DNA of 64,000 bases from Cycas panzhihuaensis (Eukaryota > Plantae > Cycadophyta): assembly GCA_023213395.1 (NCBI GenBank), contig CM041465.1, positions 78,127,741 through 78,191,740 of the forward strand, in the 5' to 3' direction. Positions 1 through 15,189 of this stretch are shown here, one piece after another; positions within the stretch are counted from its first letter, which is position 1, and each line of letters starts with the position of its first letter. The notes under the pieces were generated by a model. The model made no database searches, was not told the DNA's origin, and saw only the letters and a list, made by a program, of their open reading frames with translations. The position numbers were made by a program, and so were the translations under genes.

Positions 1-1742
1 TTTTGCCTTACCAACCATCAACAAACAACCTTAAATAACCTTGAAAGTATCACAACTGACGCTTAAGATTATTTAAAAAACTATGCTCTAAGATAAAGGA
101 TTGCTCCACAAATAATGATCCATAGTTTCCAAGCCAAAAATACGATAATCCTCCTTGATCTACGTTGAAAACGGCTCACGAGGTGTCCAAATATATACAA
201 AGTACTTCACACTATGATGAAATATGATATATCAATGGTATAAAGGGCTCTTTTTATAATCTTTCATTAACGAGAATATGTTTAAAGGCATATTCTAAAA
301 AGTGCGACTTTATATGGACAACTGTACCTCTTCACTAAACCCACGTGCTATAATCTTTTAATTTAACATTTCAAAGATGATGCTAAAGTTATAACTTAGT
401 GAAAGAACACTAAAGAAAAGTTGCCCACATGATATGATAGGACATGACTGCTGTATTACACTCATGGGCAACGTATTCCAAATGGACCATTGGCTAGTAT
501 TCGACCTTCGAACACATTGTACGACTGGTAAACAGCCCAAATTCAATCTAGCACTCCTTGCACATGCCCAACTGACATATATATGTGCCCGACCAGTCTT
601 AAAGGAGCCACACACACTCTGAGGTATGCCCAATTAGCATAGGAAGTACTCAATCAACATAAATTCAATTTAGCCAGCTTTTAATGGGCCCAAAACAATA
701 GAAAAATGGCCCAGCCAGTTCTCAAATATGCCCAGGCATGATAACAAGAGCCCAACCAGCCTCAATGTGGCCGTTCTAAGCTTATTTTGTACACATAAGT
801 CTCCAATATCTTCAAAACATAGAGAATTTTCAATAAAATAGCCTTCTACTACTGTAAACTTCAACCGAACACTTATATTTAGACAGAAAACTGCCAACAC
901 AAGCTCCAATCACGTCCACATGTGCTACATTGAGGTTAGCAAGCAGTGCCCAAAAACAACCTTATTTTATCGATTTTTTATGACATTTTAATGTGAAATA
1001 TAAAGGATTTATATGTACACAGGCTTCGCTGTCCTCATAGTCATCGAATCACCATTAGTATATGCTTTGATGGCTTGAATCACCATAATAGATTATCAAT
1101 TGGCTTTAGATGGCCTCCAATGAGCCAACTCCAACCACAAACGTGGATTTCATGCCTGGATACTAACTCTAATAAACCCTTATGCTCTGTTGAATAGTGA
1201 TTTTCAGTGCTTCAACCACCATTGATATGTTGTGCCTGCTTCTGCACATTGTTAGATATGATGGACCCTCAAGACAAGTCTTGGGTTTGACAGCTTTACC
1301 CGGTAAGCAATGATCTCACTACTCCACTTAACGTTAGGTTTTATCTGTGTATGACCCTACAACTCTGATACCATGTTCAAGAATATGAAATCATACAGGT
1401 ATGTTCCCATCTGCATAATCTTTAACCATACACAACAAGTAAACAAATACATACACACAAAACAGATGCACATTATGCAGGATTTACGTGAGAAAACCCT
1501 TTTAGGAAAAAACTCACCACAAAATGATCCTTTATGGATCACACTGATTATTGCATAATGATTTTGATACATTAAATACACAAAGCCTCAAGGCTTTTAT
1601 ACTCTTCCAAGAGGTATCACCTGATTAGGGTTGTGACCCTCTGAATAAGTTACACGTTTTCGTTTAATCACCTTAGTTAAACCACATTAACATTAACATT
1701 AACATAGTGGATTAGCAATCAAATGCCACGTTAATATGTACA
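1..1742 (-). mobile_element. LTR retrotransposon Z (5' part; runs off the left edge), inserted into Copia Y
   Basis: A tRNA-iMet PBS (ctctgatacca, 1363-1373; reverse complement TGGTATCAGAG) directly abuts TG at 1374. The putative LTR 1374-1742 ends in ...tgtaca exactly where the Copia Y integrase frame resumes. It carries a Copia-type GAAAACCC..GAAAAAAC motif at ~1487-1519. Internal 1-1362 shows no recognisable protein. Confidence 0.7.
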
Positions 1743-3640
1743 GACCCAAAACTAATAAAGTCTATATTAGTAGACATGTTGTCTTTGATAAATAAGCAAT
1801 CAAAGAGAATCATACCATCTATCAACAAATATAAGGGCATACAAGACCAACAATTTCTATTCCTAAAGAAGAAATACTAGAAATCACAACTGCAGATATA
1901 GGTGGTCATGAAAATGAATCATTTGAAGGAAATAGATAAGATACTAGTCAAACAAGTTCAAGGTCTGAGGAAGCATAAAATAGAGTAGCAACTAAAGAAG
2001 TATAAAGTAGGGTAGTACCTTCAAAGAAGTTACCTAAATGGTATGTCAAGATCATTGAGGAAACAAATGGAGGTGTTCGAACAAAGGACAAGGTCACAAA
2101 GGCACTAAGTATTGCTCTATTTAGTTGAACTTCAAACTTATGAAGAACCTATTCAATAACCTGAATGGAAAATAATAATGGATGATAAAATGGCTTTTAT
2201 TCACAAAAGTGGAACATGAGAGTTGGTTAAAGCTCCAAAGAATAAATCCATTGTTGATTGTAAATAGGTATATAAAGTTAAAGAGAAATCAGACATAATA
2301 GTTGAAAAATACAAAGCTAGATTGGTAGCCAAAGGGTATACTCAAACTGTTGACATAGACTATGATGAGACTTTTTCATTAGTCACAATATTAAATACTA
2401 TAAGGACAATCATTGCATTGGTAGCATAATATAGTTTAAAGAGTTAAGAGTGTATTTTTGAATAGAAAAAAAAGAAAAAGAAAAAGGCATATATAGTGCA
2501 TCTAGTTAGATATATAAAAGCTAATGAAAAATATTTTGTTTGTAAATTGAAAAATGCTTTGTATAGGTTGAAACAAGCTCTAAGAGTTTGGTATGCCAAG
2601 CTAGATAAACATCTTGTGCAAAATGACTTTAACAAATGTGAATATGACCCACGCTTATGCGTTAAATTTAGTAAAGGGTTGATCACTATCATTGTCATAT
2701 ATGTAGATGACATGATTCTCATAGGAAGTGATAATAAGTCTATTACAACAATAAAATTATAATTACATAGTGTTTTTGAGATGACAAATTTAGGTATTTT
2801 CCGTTATTACCTCAGAATTGAGGTAAACCAACAAAATGATTTAATTTTTGTATCCCAGTCTAAATATGTTTGAAATCTTTTAAAAAGATTCAAAATGGAG
2901 AACTGCAACAGTTGTGCTACACCAATGAAGATAGGTTGTACTATAACCCATGATGCATATGGACATTCTGTTGATATAACTCTGTACAAGTAATTGGTAG
3001 GGGATTTAATTTATCTCACTAGTACTAGACTTGACATTTCATACTCAATTGGAGTTATCTCTAGGTATATAAATGAGCCCAAATTGTTGCACTATAATGT
3101 TGGGAAAGGAATACCCAGGTACATAGAATGCACACTAATTTTGGGGCTCAAATATACTAAGACAAAATCTATATACCTAATTACATATAGTGTCTCAAAT
3201 TGGGTAGGAGACAAAGAATATAGAAATTCTACAATTGGGTATTATTTCTCACTTGGTTTAATAGTTACTTCCTGGAGCATTAAAAAATAATCAGTGGTTG
3301 TTCTATCTTCTATTGAAGGAGAATACAAGTTAGCATTCAATATAGCTTGTGAAGTTGTTTGGATCAAACAAATGTTAAAAGATCTAAACCAAGAACATAA
3401 TACTCTAATTGTTCTCTTCTGTGACAATAAAAATACTATCAAAATGATTCAAGATCCTATATTTCATGGAAGGACAAAACATATAGAGGTTTATTATCAC
3501 TTTATAAGAAAAAATGTTTAGAATAAGGAGTTGAAATTGCTACATTGCACTTCTAGTGAACAAATTGTAGATATTCTTACCAAGCCACTTGCCAAAGATA
3601 AATTCTTATATTTTAGAGATAAACTTGAAGTGAAGATGAA
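1743..3640 (+). pseudogene. Degenerate Copia pol (integrase C-terminus, RT, RNase H)
   Basis: Copia motifs broken by many stops and frameshifts; ORF pieces 2496-2762, 2994-3290 and 3294-3521. Confidence 0.9.
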
Positions 3641-3858
3641 TAGATAAAACATTAAGAGAGGGTGTTAAAGTAATGCTTTATCTAGGATATATTTTTAATG
3701 TATGAGGGTTAGGTGGCATTCTCTCTTTTATAAGTCTATGATAAGTAACACATATACATTCGCATCTATTAAGGTCACATGTACAATATGTAATATTTAT
3801 TGAGAGTATTTCTCATTTGATTCATTGAATAATACATATACATTATTTTTGTTTGACA
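1743..3858 (+). mobile_element. Ty1/Copia element Y, 3' half (integrase end, RT, RNase H, PPT, 3' LTR ~3663-3858)
   Basis: DPKTNKVYISRHVVFD at 1743; KYKARLVAKGY at ~2308-2340; KNALYRLKQA and IYVDD (ORF 2496-2762); RNase H motifs LFCDNK and HGRTKHIEV (ORF 3294-3521). PPT agagaggg is followed by TGTT at 3663. The LTR end gtttgaca at 3858 is inferred. Confidence 0.88.
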
Positions 3859-4799
3859 GGTTGCAGGAACATTTATTCATTTAACTTTTTAAAATAAAAA
3901 ATCACAATACATTCTAAACCTTCCTTACCAAAAGCTCCACTATAATTTTTTTTAAAAATTAATTCTCATTACAATGCTTACTCCTATAACAAATACATTA
4001 CTTCTTGAAGCTTAAAAACCATAAACCTATATTTCTTCATTGTATGTGAATGCACAACCTAGTATGAATTTGTATTAAGTAATTCCCATGACAAATATTT
4101 CTATGATGTAAATTTTTACTAGTAATATAGGTTCTTATAATATTTGTTTAGCATTGTTACTTCTCTTTACCCCAAAAATAAGCCATATTTTTAGAAATGG
4201 TTAATAATAATACCCCCTCCATGATTGGCTCTTTAAAAAATAAATAATTAATTTTTAATACTAGTATATTCCTATGATAATTATTATAAAAATGATACCA
4301 TTGATTTTTCAACCACTTATTGAATACATGGAATATGTAGTAATTGATTTTAAAGGATAAAGATCAATTTTTATTGAGACTAGAAAAAGGGAATTGGAGT
4401 GGGTGGAGGAATGGGCCATCCTACTGTTTATTACTAGTATGATATATATATATATATGCATATTGCTATAAATATATCATTTTCCTTTACTATTTTAGTG
4501 AGATGATAGGGTTTGAGTTTAAATTTTATGAAGTGACGATTTTTAATGGATTGATATGAAAGTTTATATAGTTGTTCATGTTTTTTCTCACCTTGCTTCT
4601 ATTATTTTTTTAGCCAAGATTTTGTTTAAAGTTCAAACAATTCAAAACATTGCGTTCTAGTATTTGAACTTTGCCTATAACTTATACTTCAATGTGTGAA
4701 TTAGTGGTAAGAGAGTTGAATGTAGTGTGATGGTTGAGCATATGTTTACCCCTACCAACCCCTTCCTTATAGCATTCCTACATTGAGGACAAGCATTGC

Positions 4800-6950
4800 A
4801 TAAAGTAGTGTTTTTTTTCTCTTTTTTCTACAAATTTTCATACCATTGAGTATTTTTCTCTCATATTTCTCTAATTCCTTTGAAGTATACTTTACCATAG
4901 AATTGTCAACCATATATGATTATTTCGGTCTTGAATTTTGCATTTGTTTTTTGAGCAAAAAGAGCTCTTCATCCTCTAAACACTCATTTGTCTATGCTAA
5001 GATTCTAATTTCAATTAGATAGGAAATCAATGCCAATGTATTTATGTAATTTGACTTAACACAATTGTTTAGTGGATAAATGTAAAATTTGAATATGTAA
5101 ATCATTTTGATTTGATTATCATTTCTTCATATTTCATTTATATTAATTGATAATCTAGTCTAGTTATAGAAGTTTTTAAATGCCTCTTAACTATTTCAGT
5201 CTGTTTTCTTTATTTTGTGCTAGTAGAACAATGTTATTTGCATAAATAAATAAATTGATTAAGAGATATATCACACTTATTCTTTTGCATTCTACTTCTT
5301 TTAAGCATTGTTCAATTTTGTTAATATATATTTCAAATAATATTTGGGTTAAGAGGGTAGCTTTTTTTGACTTTGATATCACTCTCTCTCTTGTGACAGT
5401 TACTCTTCTCAAGTTTAAAGGGGTTCCTATTTTTTCCATTCCTTCTTAGAAAATTCTCCTTGAAGTATGTCAAATGCCATAAAATAACATATTAGGTTTT
5501 TGAAATCATTCTTACATTTTCTTCACTATTAATTGTATGCTAATTAAATGGTTTGTTGTTTAGTGCATCGGTCTAAGACTTGCTCCTCCTTTTGCTATTT
5601 TCTTGTTATCTTTTGCACATGAACCACTCTTCGTGTCATAGAATAGTTTTATGTAATTTTGTCATTATATGGCTTATGATTATTCTAGTTTGTAGGATTA
5701 TTTTTTTTCCTTTGCTTTTAAAAACTTTAAATCCATGACCTTTTTATTCCTTTGTTTAGGGTGTCATTGAACATATCCTTAATATAGGCTCTTTTAATGT
5801 TTCTAATCCCATCTTTAAATGTTCTACTTGTAATGCGCCAATGTCCTTAGTTTTGCCTTAGGTATACATTTTATTCCTATTTTATAGATTTTGTTGTAAG
5901 TAGTTTGTCTTTGTTTGAAGTTATTGGGTTACTTTTCTTGGCATATCTAGTTATGTATCATTTTCTTAAATATTTATTCCAATCTTGTATTGTGATCTTT
6001 CCTATTTGTTCTTTTTGTCTAGGTAATATTTTCTCTTAAAGGCTTTCAACTCATTTTTGTAAAGCTCAAACATTTTTTTACTGGTTTTCTTTTATGTGCT
6101 TTCTTTACTTTTTCATAATAATAAGTTTGTATTATCTGATTACCTAAATTTCCTCTTCATTATTTGTTAATTTATTATTATTATTATTATTTTTTCTACT
6201 CAAAGGATGGGCCAATGGAAGGGAGCACTTCTTTACAACTCTCATCTTACCATGGATAGCATGGGAAATTATTTAGTTTGTTTTTATCTATTTATTTAAT
6301 CACTTTTAAAAGGAAATAGTTATACCATATCTTTATATTTTCTTATTTCTCTACATTCTTAATTTTATTTGGAGATTTTTGGTAAATTTAATTTTTAAAA
6401 TTTCTGTTAATCACTAAATGGGAGAAATTAAGAATTGATTTATTATATTTGTCGAAACACATGTTAATGGTTTAACATTTGTCAATAATTTGATTATGGT
6501 TTTAAAAGACTTATATGAATATCATTATTCATTTTAAAACATTTATTAATATGGTTACATAATTGATTATGTTATTTGCTTTTTAATTTATATATGTTAT
6601 TTTACTCAATTTTGGCCATCTATTCATACCATTACATCTCATTAATTCACGACAACTTACTTATTGCATTATTTTTTTCCCAAATGGGTTTACTTTGTAT
6701 TTTACATCCTTTATTTTTTGGGTAATTTCTACCATAGTTTTGTTTGATATTTCTTTTAACCATATTAGTGCTCTATTTTTGGTGAAGAAAGTCAGTTGAT
6801 TATTTTCATCTCCTACATTAAAGTCTTTTAGTAGAACCATTTTTTATTTCTTAAGTGTATTTATGCCATTTTCAAGATTGTATTATGGGCAATTCTCACA
6901 TACTCCATTCATTTTACTAAAAGAAGACTTTGTAGGGACAAAGTATCAAA
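4800..6950 (-). mobile_element. Highly decayed RTE/RTEX-like LINE (APE endonuclease remnant plus RT), cut at its 5' side by element A
   Basis: ORF 5191-5439 (LLTQILFEIYINKIEQCL...LFIYANNIVLL) resembles the PLSPTLFGIYID / LLYADDIVLL RT blocks. YKYIG at ~5030-5047. Endonuclease-like MVLLKDFN at ~6815-6840. Clade and boundaries are approximate. Confidence 0.65.
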
Positions 6951-9349
6951 TTGTTGTAAAAATTTTATTATATAAATTAATACAAAAATTTTAGTTAGTT
7001 TAGATTCATCAATTTGTTTTAGAAAGGGTAAATTTATAAGTTTGATTTAGAATGAGAGTTGCATATAATGTAACCCACTGTAAGGTATTCTTATGTGCAT
7101 TGCCCCTAGCGTAAGGCTAAAATTATGCCTTAACATGACTTCTTTCTATAATACTCTTTTTAAGGTGATGCTCCCATAAGCAAAATATATGAATGGTATT
7201 CAATTTTTATTTTTTGATACTAATAAAATACTAACATCATTAATTGCTCTTCTTTAGTGCCTTGGAATCATTTTATGCCATTACCCAATTAATGAGTTTT
7301 AAATTATAGTTTTATAATATCTTCAAACATTGAGAAATGTTAATCAATTAAATAACAATTTCAACTAAGTTCTAAATATATGGATGACACTTACATAATG
7401 TGGTTTTATTTTGGGAGAACTTAATGGCACTTATTTTCTATTTATTAAATGCACCATCAAGGTGGATAATTAATTATTTAATTTAGATTATTCTTTTTCA
7501 AAGGTGCTTTCCATTCATTGGCCTATTAAGTGAATGTAGTCCACTAATGTGAACTTAAATCTCTCTTTGGACCACTTGTTATAAAAGTTAACCACATATC
7601 ATTTTGGTCATCCTAGTCTCTAATTATATTAGAATTATTTTCTCATTTTATCCCAAGAGAGTTACACGTGTTTTGTGGTAACTGATGCTTATGAACTACT
7701 TAGTGACAAATGTATGTGGTGTACTCCTAATCACTTAATGTGCTTGGGACTAGTAATCAATGCACTTGGATCATCAGTTCTAGATACTGGAGTAGTTGGG
7801 TTCATACCATGGTTTTGTATATTCAAGTGTTTAGGGTTTGATTTTTATTTATATATATGCATTTTTGTCACTTATATTTAGCACTATTTATTAATGACTA
7901 TGGTAATAATATTAAATCACAACGCATCATAGTTCATGTATAAATCACTTGAGTTCATGCATTTGACATTATTGTAAGTATGAACATTACATATTATCAT
8001 ATTATAATAACAATATTAAATAAGTCATATTTGACATAATTAGTATGGTAACTATATACTCATAGTCATCTTCATATCAATAAATAGTATCATTCATCAT
8101 ACACTATTATACATATTATTATAACATTAATAAATATCACAACATTAAGATATAATCACATGTAACATTAATTACTTCATTTTTATGATTAGAAATTTAT
8201 ATGTATGCATTTAATAACCATATGTACTACTGCACTTGCATTCAATCCATTGTTTTCACTTTCTTTCTCATTCATTTTATGCCTAACATACTTATTTATG
8301 CAATATTTATTATATGTGTTATTTATGCAACATGCCCATCATATCAAAAATTAATCATAGATAGTTTTAACTAGTAAATTAGGCCCATTTACTAGTAATC
8401 ATATGGACTGTGTGCATAGTAGGTCATAAGGCCATTGTGTATATAACGATAGGTAGCAATAAATGTACTGTTAGGATGAGATTTTCAAGTATACTTTAGT
8501 TCTAACCATTAAAATTAAAGTCAATTTCATGCAAATATTTTTAACAAACATCTTAAATCATAAAACAAGATTTAGATTAATGCAATTATATGGATTGCAT
8601 ATATAATAGACAATATAACCACTATGTCTACTACTATATACATGCACAAACCCTCTTATAAATATGGTTTTAAGTGATTAAAACCACCATTTCATACTTT
8701 ATTATTTATTGTCTTAAACTAATAATAGTGTATAGTAGGTTCCATATGGTATGTATAGTCTTGTATACAACTGTACAATCATATCATGACTGTACAATCC
8801 TAAAACATGGCCAACATGGCCCATACCAATAAAACTTTATCTTTTATTACTACAAAATAGAAATTTATATCATGTCATCCATTCTTATAATGTTGGATGG
8901 AAGAATAGAGAGAGGATTTTACAATAATAAATGCTTATTACAAATATTAATTAATACCTTGGACCTTCTTGTGTAGAAGTTGGGACCTTCCATGGATTAA
9001 TGATAGTGAAATATGAAAACTTTAATGAAGATCCTCTTCCTTAGCTCAAGCTCCTCCTCTTTCTCTCTCCACCTCCTTACTCTAATAGTATCCTCCTATA
9101 CATGTGATAACATGATGATTATATTGCTTAACATATTACTATATAGAGAGAATTTATGGATTAGCCTCTTCTCAGACTTGTGGAGGAGAAGTCTTCTTTG
9201 AAAAGCTTACCATTTATCTATTTAATGAGAAACCACTTCTTAAGCACCACTTTTTAGAACCACCTTTTATGCATAACTTTTCATGATGTGCTCTTGACTT
9301 TTGGTGATTAAAAATTTTGAGATTAAGCATGGTTTTTCCTCTTGTGACA
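6950..9349 (-). repeat. 3' LTR of element A (~2.4 kb)
   Basis: Starts right after the PPT at 9349. Its left ~900 bp aligns with 52510-53405 (roughly 70% by eye). The left border is uncertain. Confidence 0.7.
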
Positions 9350-9359
9350 TCTTTCCCCT

Positions 9360-12300
9360 CTTTAAGGAAATCATTACCCTTGGTGAAGCATGCTTCAATA
9401 GCAAAGATACTTGATTTATAAGTGGATCCTTCAATTGGTTTATTTGACCATTTGACTAAGTATTCCTTTATCTTCCAATTCTATAATTTTCTTATTTTTG
9501 TGTCTAAAATTTTAATTAGATCACATGTCACTTATTTAACTTACTATACGTCTACATAAGTTGGTAGCTTATTATTAAATCTTGATAGTTGTTGCTTTAA
9601 TAAACTAACATGGAGGACTAGGTGCATTTCAATACATAGACTATAATACCTTTAGGCTAGTTATTGCATTTACCTATTTATAAGATAGAGTTTGACTTTA
9701 CCTTTAAATATGCCTTCTCCTTGATATTAAATATTCTTGGTGTTTTGTTCTGGTCTACATTTATGCCTAACTTATGTCCTTTCAACATTTTTCTTACATT
9801 TTCCAAGTTCCTACTGCATTTGTTAAAACATTTCCATGGAAACTTGGTTCTCTTTTGTATAAATTATGGGTTCATACCAATACATTGTTACCTTAAAGGG
9901 TGTCATTCCAATTAAGGAATGCTTACTATTATTATAGAAAAATTCCATGTATAGTAGACTTTGTTCGTATAATATTGACTTTGCTACAAGACGTGATCTT
10001 AACATATCTTCTATTATTTGGTTTAGTCATTTAGTTTACCTATTTACTAAAGGGCAATTTCCAATACTAAATTGTAAATCTATTTTAAGTTCTTTAAATA
10101 GCTCTTATTAGAGATTGCTTGTGAACTTTATATATTTATTACCAACAATTGATCTTAAAAATCCAATCTTTGATATTAATATTTTTATTATATGATTCCC
10201 TTTATGTGATATTTTACATGGCATAAACCTTGCCATGTTTGTTGGCCTATCCATAACTACTAGAATTTGATCATTTGACTTAGTATTCTGGGTAGTTTTC
10301 ATGATAAAGTTAATATAAATACTATTCTATTTACTTTTTTATGTAAAAGGTGGCACGAGTAGACCTATTTGCTTTTCTTTTTGCTTTGTTTACTTAACAC
10401 TTTTCACAAGTTTTTATATAGTTAGCAATTTCTTAATTCATATTTTTTCTAATATGCATATCTTCTTATTGCCTCTCTAACTTTGTTTGTTATGATATAG
10501 CTAGTAAAAGGTGCATTATTCAACTTATAAAGCATCTTATACTTGAGATTCATGATGTTTGGAACAACTATTTTTGTGTCTTTTTTACAACCCATTTCCC
10601 TTTGTAGTGAAGCCATAGAAAGTTTTTTCTTTTGAAAAGATTTCTTTACTTTTATACATCAAACAACTTATTCTTGTGCTTTTAATATGGGCTCCTTTAG
10701 ATTTTGCATTATGCATTGTATATTTATTATAAATGGGGCCCTTGAAACTACACAATCAATGACATTTTTGTTATGTAATTAATAAACCATTTTTGGGGAA
10801 TATTTTAGAAAAATAATGGCCTGCTTTTACTATTTTTCTAATAATTCCCCCTTTGGTAAAAAACTTGAGATTGGCTTATGATATATAACCACTTTAAATT
10901 GATTCCCTTTTAGATAATATTTTTAGATGTTTATTATATGCACTGCTATAAGTAATTCAAAATCAAAGATGGGATAAATTTATTATACAAGAGTCATCTT
11001 ACAACTCTCATAAACTTTTATTTTTCTATCTTGTATTAATATTGATCTAACAATAAACCTACTTATATGGAGTTTGAATGGTTTTGTTTAATATTTGTAT
11101 TAACTTGGAAGTTAATTTAACCTTAAGTGTTTAAAAAGTCTCACACTTTTATGTCCATATGAACTTCTTGTTCTTCTTTAACAATTTTGTTAAGAATTTG
11201 CTATCTTCAAGAAATTTCAAATAAATTTTTGATAAAAAACTTGTTAAGCTTAAGAAACCTCTTACTTCATGGATATTTTGTGGAGTTTTCCAATCTTGAA
11301 ACATTTAAATTTCTTGTAATCTATAATAATTCCTTTAAAAGATACTAGATACCTAAAAGTATTGTTAGATGCTTGGCATGTTCTTTAGAATTTTTGCTAA
11401 AAACTAGAAGGATAATCATAGATTTGCCTAAGTATTATTTGAAAACATTATCCATTAATCTCATAAAATATGTAGGAGCATTTATCAAACAAAAATATAT
11501 TACTAGATATTCATAATGTCCATATATTATAGTAAATGTTATTTTTTCAATATCACTGTCATAGATTCATATCTAATGGTATTAACTTCTTAAGTCTATA
11601 TTTGAAAATACAACACTTCCTTTTAAGTTATCTAGTAGATCATTTATTCTAAGAAGAGGGTACATACATATGATTCTATCTTTTTTTCTAATATATACTA
11701 TTGGAGCTACAAAAAGGGATTTAAGTGGTCTAATGAATTCCTTATGTAATAATTCCTTGATTTGGTTCTTAACTTCATCTTTCTCTTTATGGCTTAATTA
11801 ATAATGTACTCTATTTATTGGCCTTAAACCATCTTTCAAAATTATTCTATGATCTACTTCCTTGTATATAATTAAATCTTTAAGTTTTCTAGAAAAACAT
11901 CTTTATAATTATCAATTAAAGGTAAAATTAACTTATTCATAGTATCTTCATTATTTGGTGGTTCATGTCTCTCTTGAAGGTAGAAGGCATAACATGTGGT
12001 TGAAGGCTTATGCACCATTCATTTAAGTTATGCTACAAATACCATAGGAATGCTTATGAGATATTTATCTCTAAGAAGATGCATACCTACACCTTGATGG
12101 ATGAAGTGAAGTATATGGTTCATTGATAAATATATTTACATCCAAATCACATAACTACATTGGACCAAGTATTACATCATATCTACTAATGTGGAGTATA
12201 TCAAAATTTATCTTATCTTAGTATTCTTGAATTGTGATGCGCATTAATAGAATATATTGATTCCAAACTTATTTGGGTTCACCATTTGCAATTTTATCTT

Positions 12301-12526
12301 AATACTCATACTCTATAGGATCTGTGTAAAGGTTGAGATTCTTATAGAATTTTGTAGATATGAAATTATTTATGCATCTATTATATATCAAAATTATTGC
12401 TTTGATCCCATTAAGATATCCTCTTATGAGAGAAAGATTAGTGTTAATAAAATCATCCTTATAGGCTTTCTTATTTATTCTCTTGACTATAATTTTCTTA
12501 GTGGTCATGTGAATAAATATTATTTG
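9360..12526 (-). pseudogene. Gypsy pol of A: protease, RT, RNase H, integrase, chromodomain (degenerate)
   Basis: Protease LIRGYLNGIKAIILIYNRCINNFIS (ORF 12299-12559); RT YGHYEYLV..LINAPTYFMRLMDNVF at ~11440-11530; integrase ILVVMDRPTNMARFMP and EFFYNNSKHSLIGMTPF; chromodomain KILDTKIRKL*NWKIKEYLVKWSNKPIEGSTY at ~9415-9512. Confidence 0.88.
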
Positions 12527-15189
12527 TGTAATAGTTCTCCCAACTGTAACCATTACCAATTACTCTTAACATTCATAATAGACCCAAGAAAGTGAAATAA
12601 TTAAATGGAAAATTGATATATTGATCTTCATTAAATAATAATAGATTTGATTGATAAAAGACCATTAAACTTTACAATGCATATGAGGGTGCATTTATAC
12701 ACTAAACATATATACTACTTCATAACTCATTACCCTTAATCATCATACTAACTATTAACCCTTCTGCTAATATGGTTTATTAATCTATGTATTTTCTTAA
12801 ACGTAGTGCAACCCCATAAGATGCTATTAACACTAGCCACTGCTAGCTCTATTATCTTAACCTATAACATTAACATACTAGGCTATACCATTCCTAGGTA
12901 GTGGGGACAATAACGTTCCCTTCCTCTTTAGGAGATAGTTTCCCTCAACCATTAAAATTTGACGTAACCACCTCTTCCCAATACTACAATGTTAAAAGTA
13001 GATATATTATCTTTAAGCTAGTGCGTAAAAACTATTACTACACTTTCTATTCTTCATATACAGATGTGTATATGAAGAATGATGCTTCATATACACATCT
13101 TCTACTGAATGAAAATATGAATAAAAGTAGTGTGGCCCCTTTCGTTAGTTATCATCATCAAACAAATGAGAACCCATGGTATAATAAATTGGAGATCCAT
13201 AAAAATAGAGACCTAAAAGTACTTGCAAAGTGTAGAATGATGTTTCTTTCTCAACCATGCCAAGATTGTGATCTTTAGAAGAGAGAAGGACTATATCATT
13301 AAACAAGATTTCCTTATGTTCAACATTTATACATAATGTAATGCCCTTATCCTCCTGCTTTATATATGCAACCATACGAAGAGTCTTAATGCTTTCCGTG
13401 GATGTAAGACTCCTACATTCATTTAAAAGATAACCTTCATTTGATACTAGCAACAAAATAAATGGTTCAAGGTTTGCCTATTTGGTCATTAAATTGTGAA
13501 TGTTGTAATTGGTTTTCAACCAAGGTTCAGAGAACCTTAATAATGCAAAAAAATACAATATAAGTTATTATGAATATAAAAAACTTGACTTTAAAGTTTA
13601 ATATTGGGTATAAAATAACTCCAAAATATGTTACATAATAGTTCAAAATGAAGCCCATGGAATATAGATTCCACTAGATTAATAAAGTTGAATTTCAAGC
13701 ATGTATGAAGAAGTCATAGGTAAATTTATTCAAGTAAGTATTAAACTTCTATGATGGCTCATTTAAATGATGTTTAGCCCTTTTGTAAAATGATAATTAA
13801 GTCACTTTCTAGCTCCCATATGACCACTAGTTGAGATGAAGGGAGTTAAATGAACTTCAACAATGATTTCAATCTGACTGAATTTAATAGCAACCATGCA
13901 AAATTAAAATCTTACTAATTATCATTTTCTTTGTCATTATCTAATTTTATTTTTTAATATTTTTGTGCTTAAAAGTTTCTTTTTTTATTTCCATGACATG
14001 ATTGTGTCTCCATGATGAATGTGTGAATGTGTGATGAATTTCAATAGATTTTTGGATCTCTTATAGTTTCACCTCTTTAATACAAGAATATTTAATACTA
14101 TGGGTGCTTTCATCAAGCTCTTTTATGCTTCGTTATGACTAGCTACTCATCGATAACCCATTGAGTGAGATGAGCCTATTATCAAACTCTAGATGAAACT
14201 AATCTTTGGCTTTATGATTTTAAATAGTAGATGCCATTACAACTTCAATATACCCTATAGTCAGATTCTCTATGTTGTCGTATAGAGAGAATGTTTGCTA
14301 TGGTAGTCTTTTATGGTCCAACCACATGCATATTCTTTGATTCATAAAAGGTAGCCACCCAATATTGCATCACTTAACTAACTGCTAATAAGTATAATTT
14401 ACAATATGAACTGCCATTAAATATCATATGAATTCATCTATATTTGATATGCCATAATTCACGTGCTCATAATCTACCCAAGGGTCTTTGTTCTCAACAT
14501 GTTATGGTTGTAACATAAAGCATACAACACCTAAGTCTTTAGTTTTAGGATTGATATACAACAACCACACCTTTGCAACCTAGGCAATCACTTAAATGGT
14601 AACCACACATAGAACATAAGCATAAATAGTAGGCAACTTTCTTCAGGATAATCAATGTTAAATGGTAATAGAAATAATAGGTATTAAATGAGGTTATCCA
14701 AGTAACAATGAGAGATGAGGATGCATGGAAAATAGGAAAATGGTGACTGCAAGTAGGAGAAGAAATACAATGGGACCAAAATAGCAACATAAAAACTCAA
14801 TTAAGAAAGAGGGATATAGATTTACAAATAGATTCATATCAATTTCAAAATGAAAAATAGGAGGGAGGGGTAAATGGGTGGAAAGTAGCTATAACAAAGA
14901 AATGAAATTGGGGGGAAATATATTAGTAAATAGAAAATAATGAGGATTTGTATAGAGTATAAACTAATAGAAAATTGTTAATTAAAAAAAACCATACAAC
15001 ATAAACTGTTGATGTTAATGGTCTATTACCCATCAACCAAGTATCACTACTTGTTACAATATGTGATTATTCATATATGTAATGTTTAATGTTAATGATG
15101 AGGGCACATACATAAACCCACTTACCAGATGTATTGGGATATGTGATATGCACACATATCTATGTTAATATGCAATTGGATGATATAAC

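Noticed and set aside
800-900. Possible copy of the CATAACT module in element Z
   Set aside because: Only the central GAAGG block is comparable and the terminal motif does not match, so it was not counted.
4398-4438. Helitron-like 3' end (imperfect hairpin plus CTAG)
   Set aside because: The stem is weak and there is no 5' TC end or Rep/helicase evidence.
6990-7150. Apparent conserved reading frame (EVMLRHNFSLTLGAMH...NLPFLKQIDESKL), also at ~52540-52690
   Set aside because: The two copies are sister LTRs, so similarity is expected without selection. Both have stops and no recognisable domain.
12901-14790. ORFs inside element B
   Set aside because: No recognisable domain; overlapping opposite-strand short ORFs in decayed sequence.
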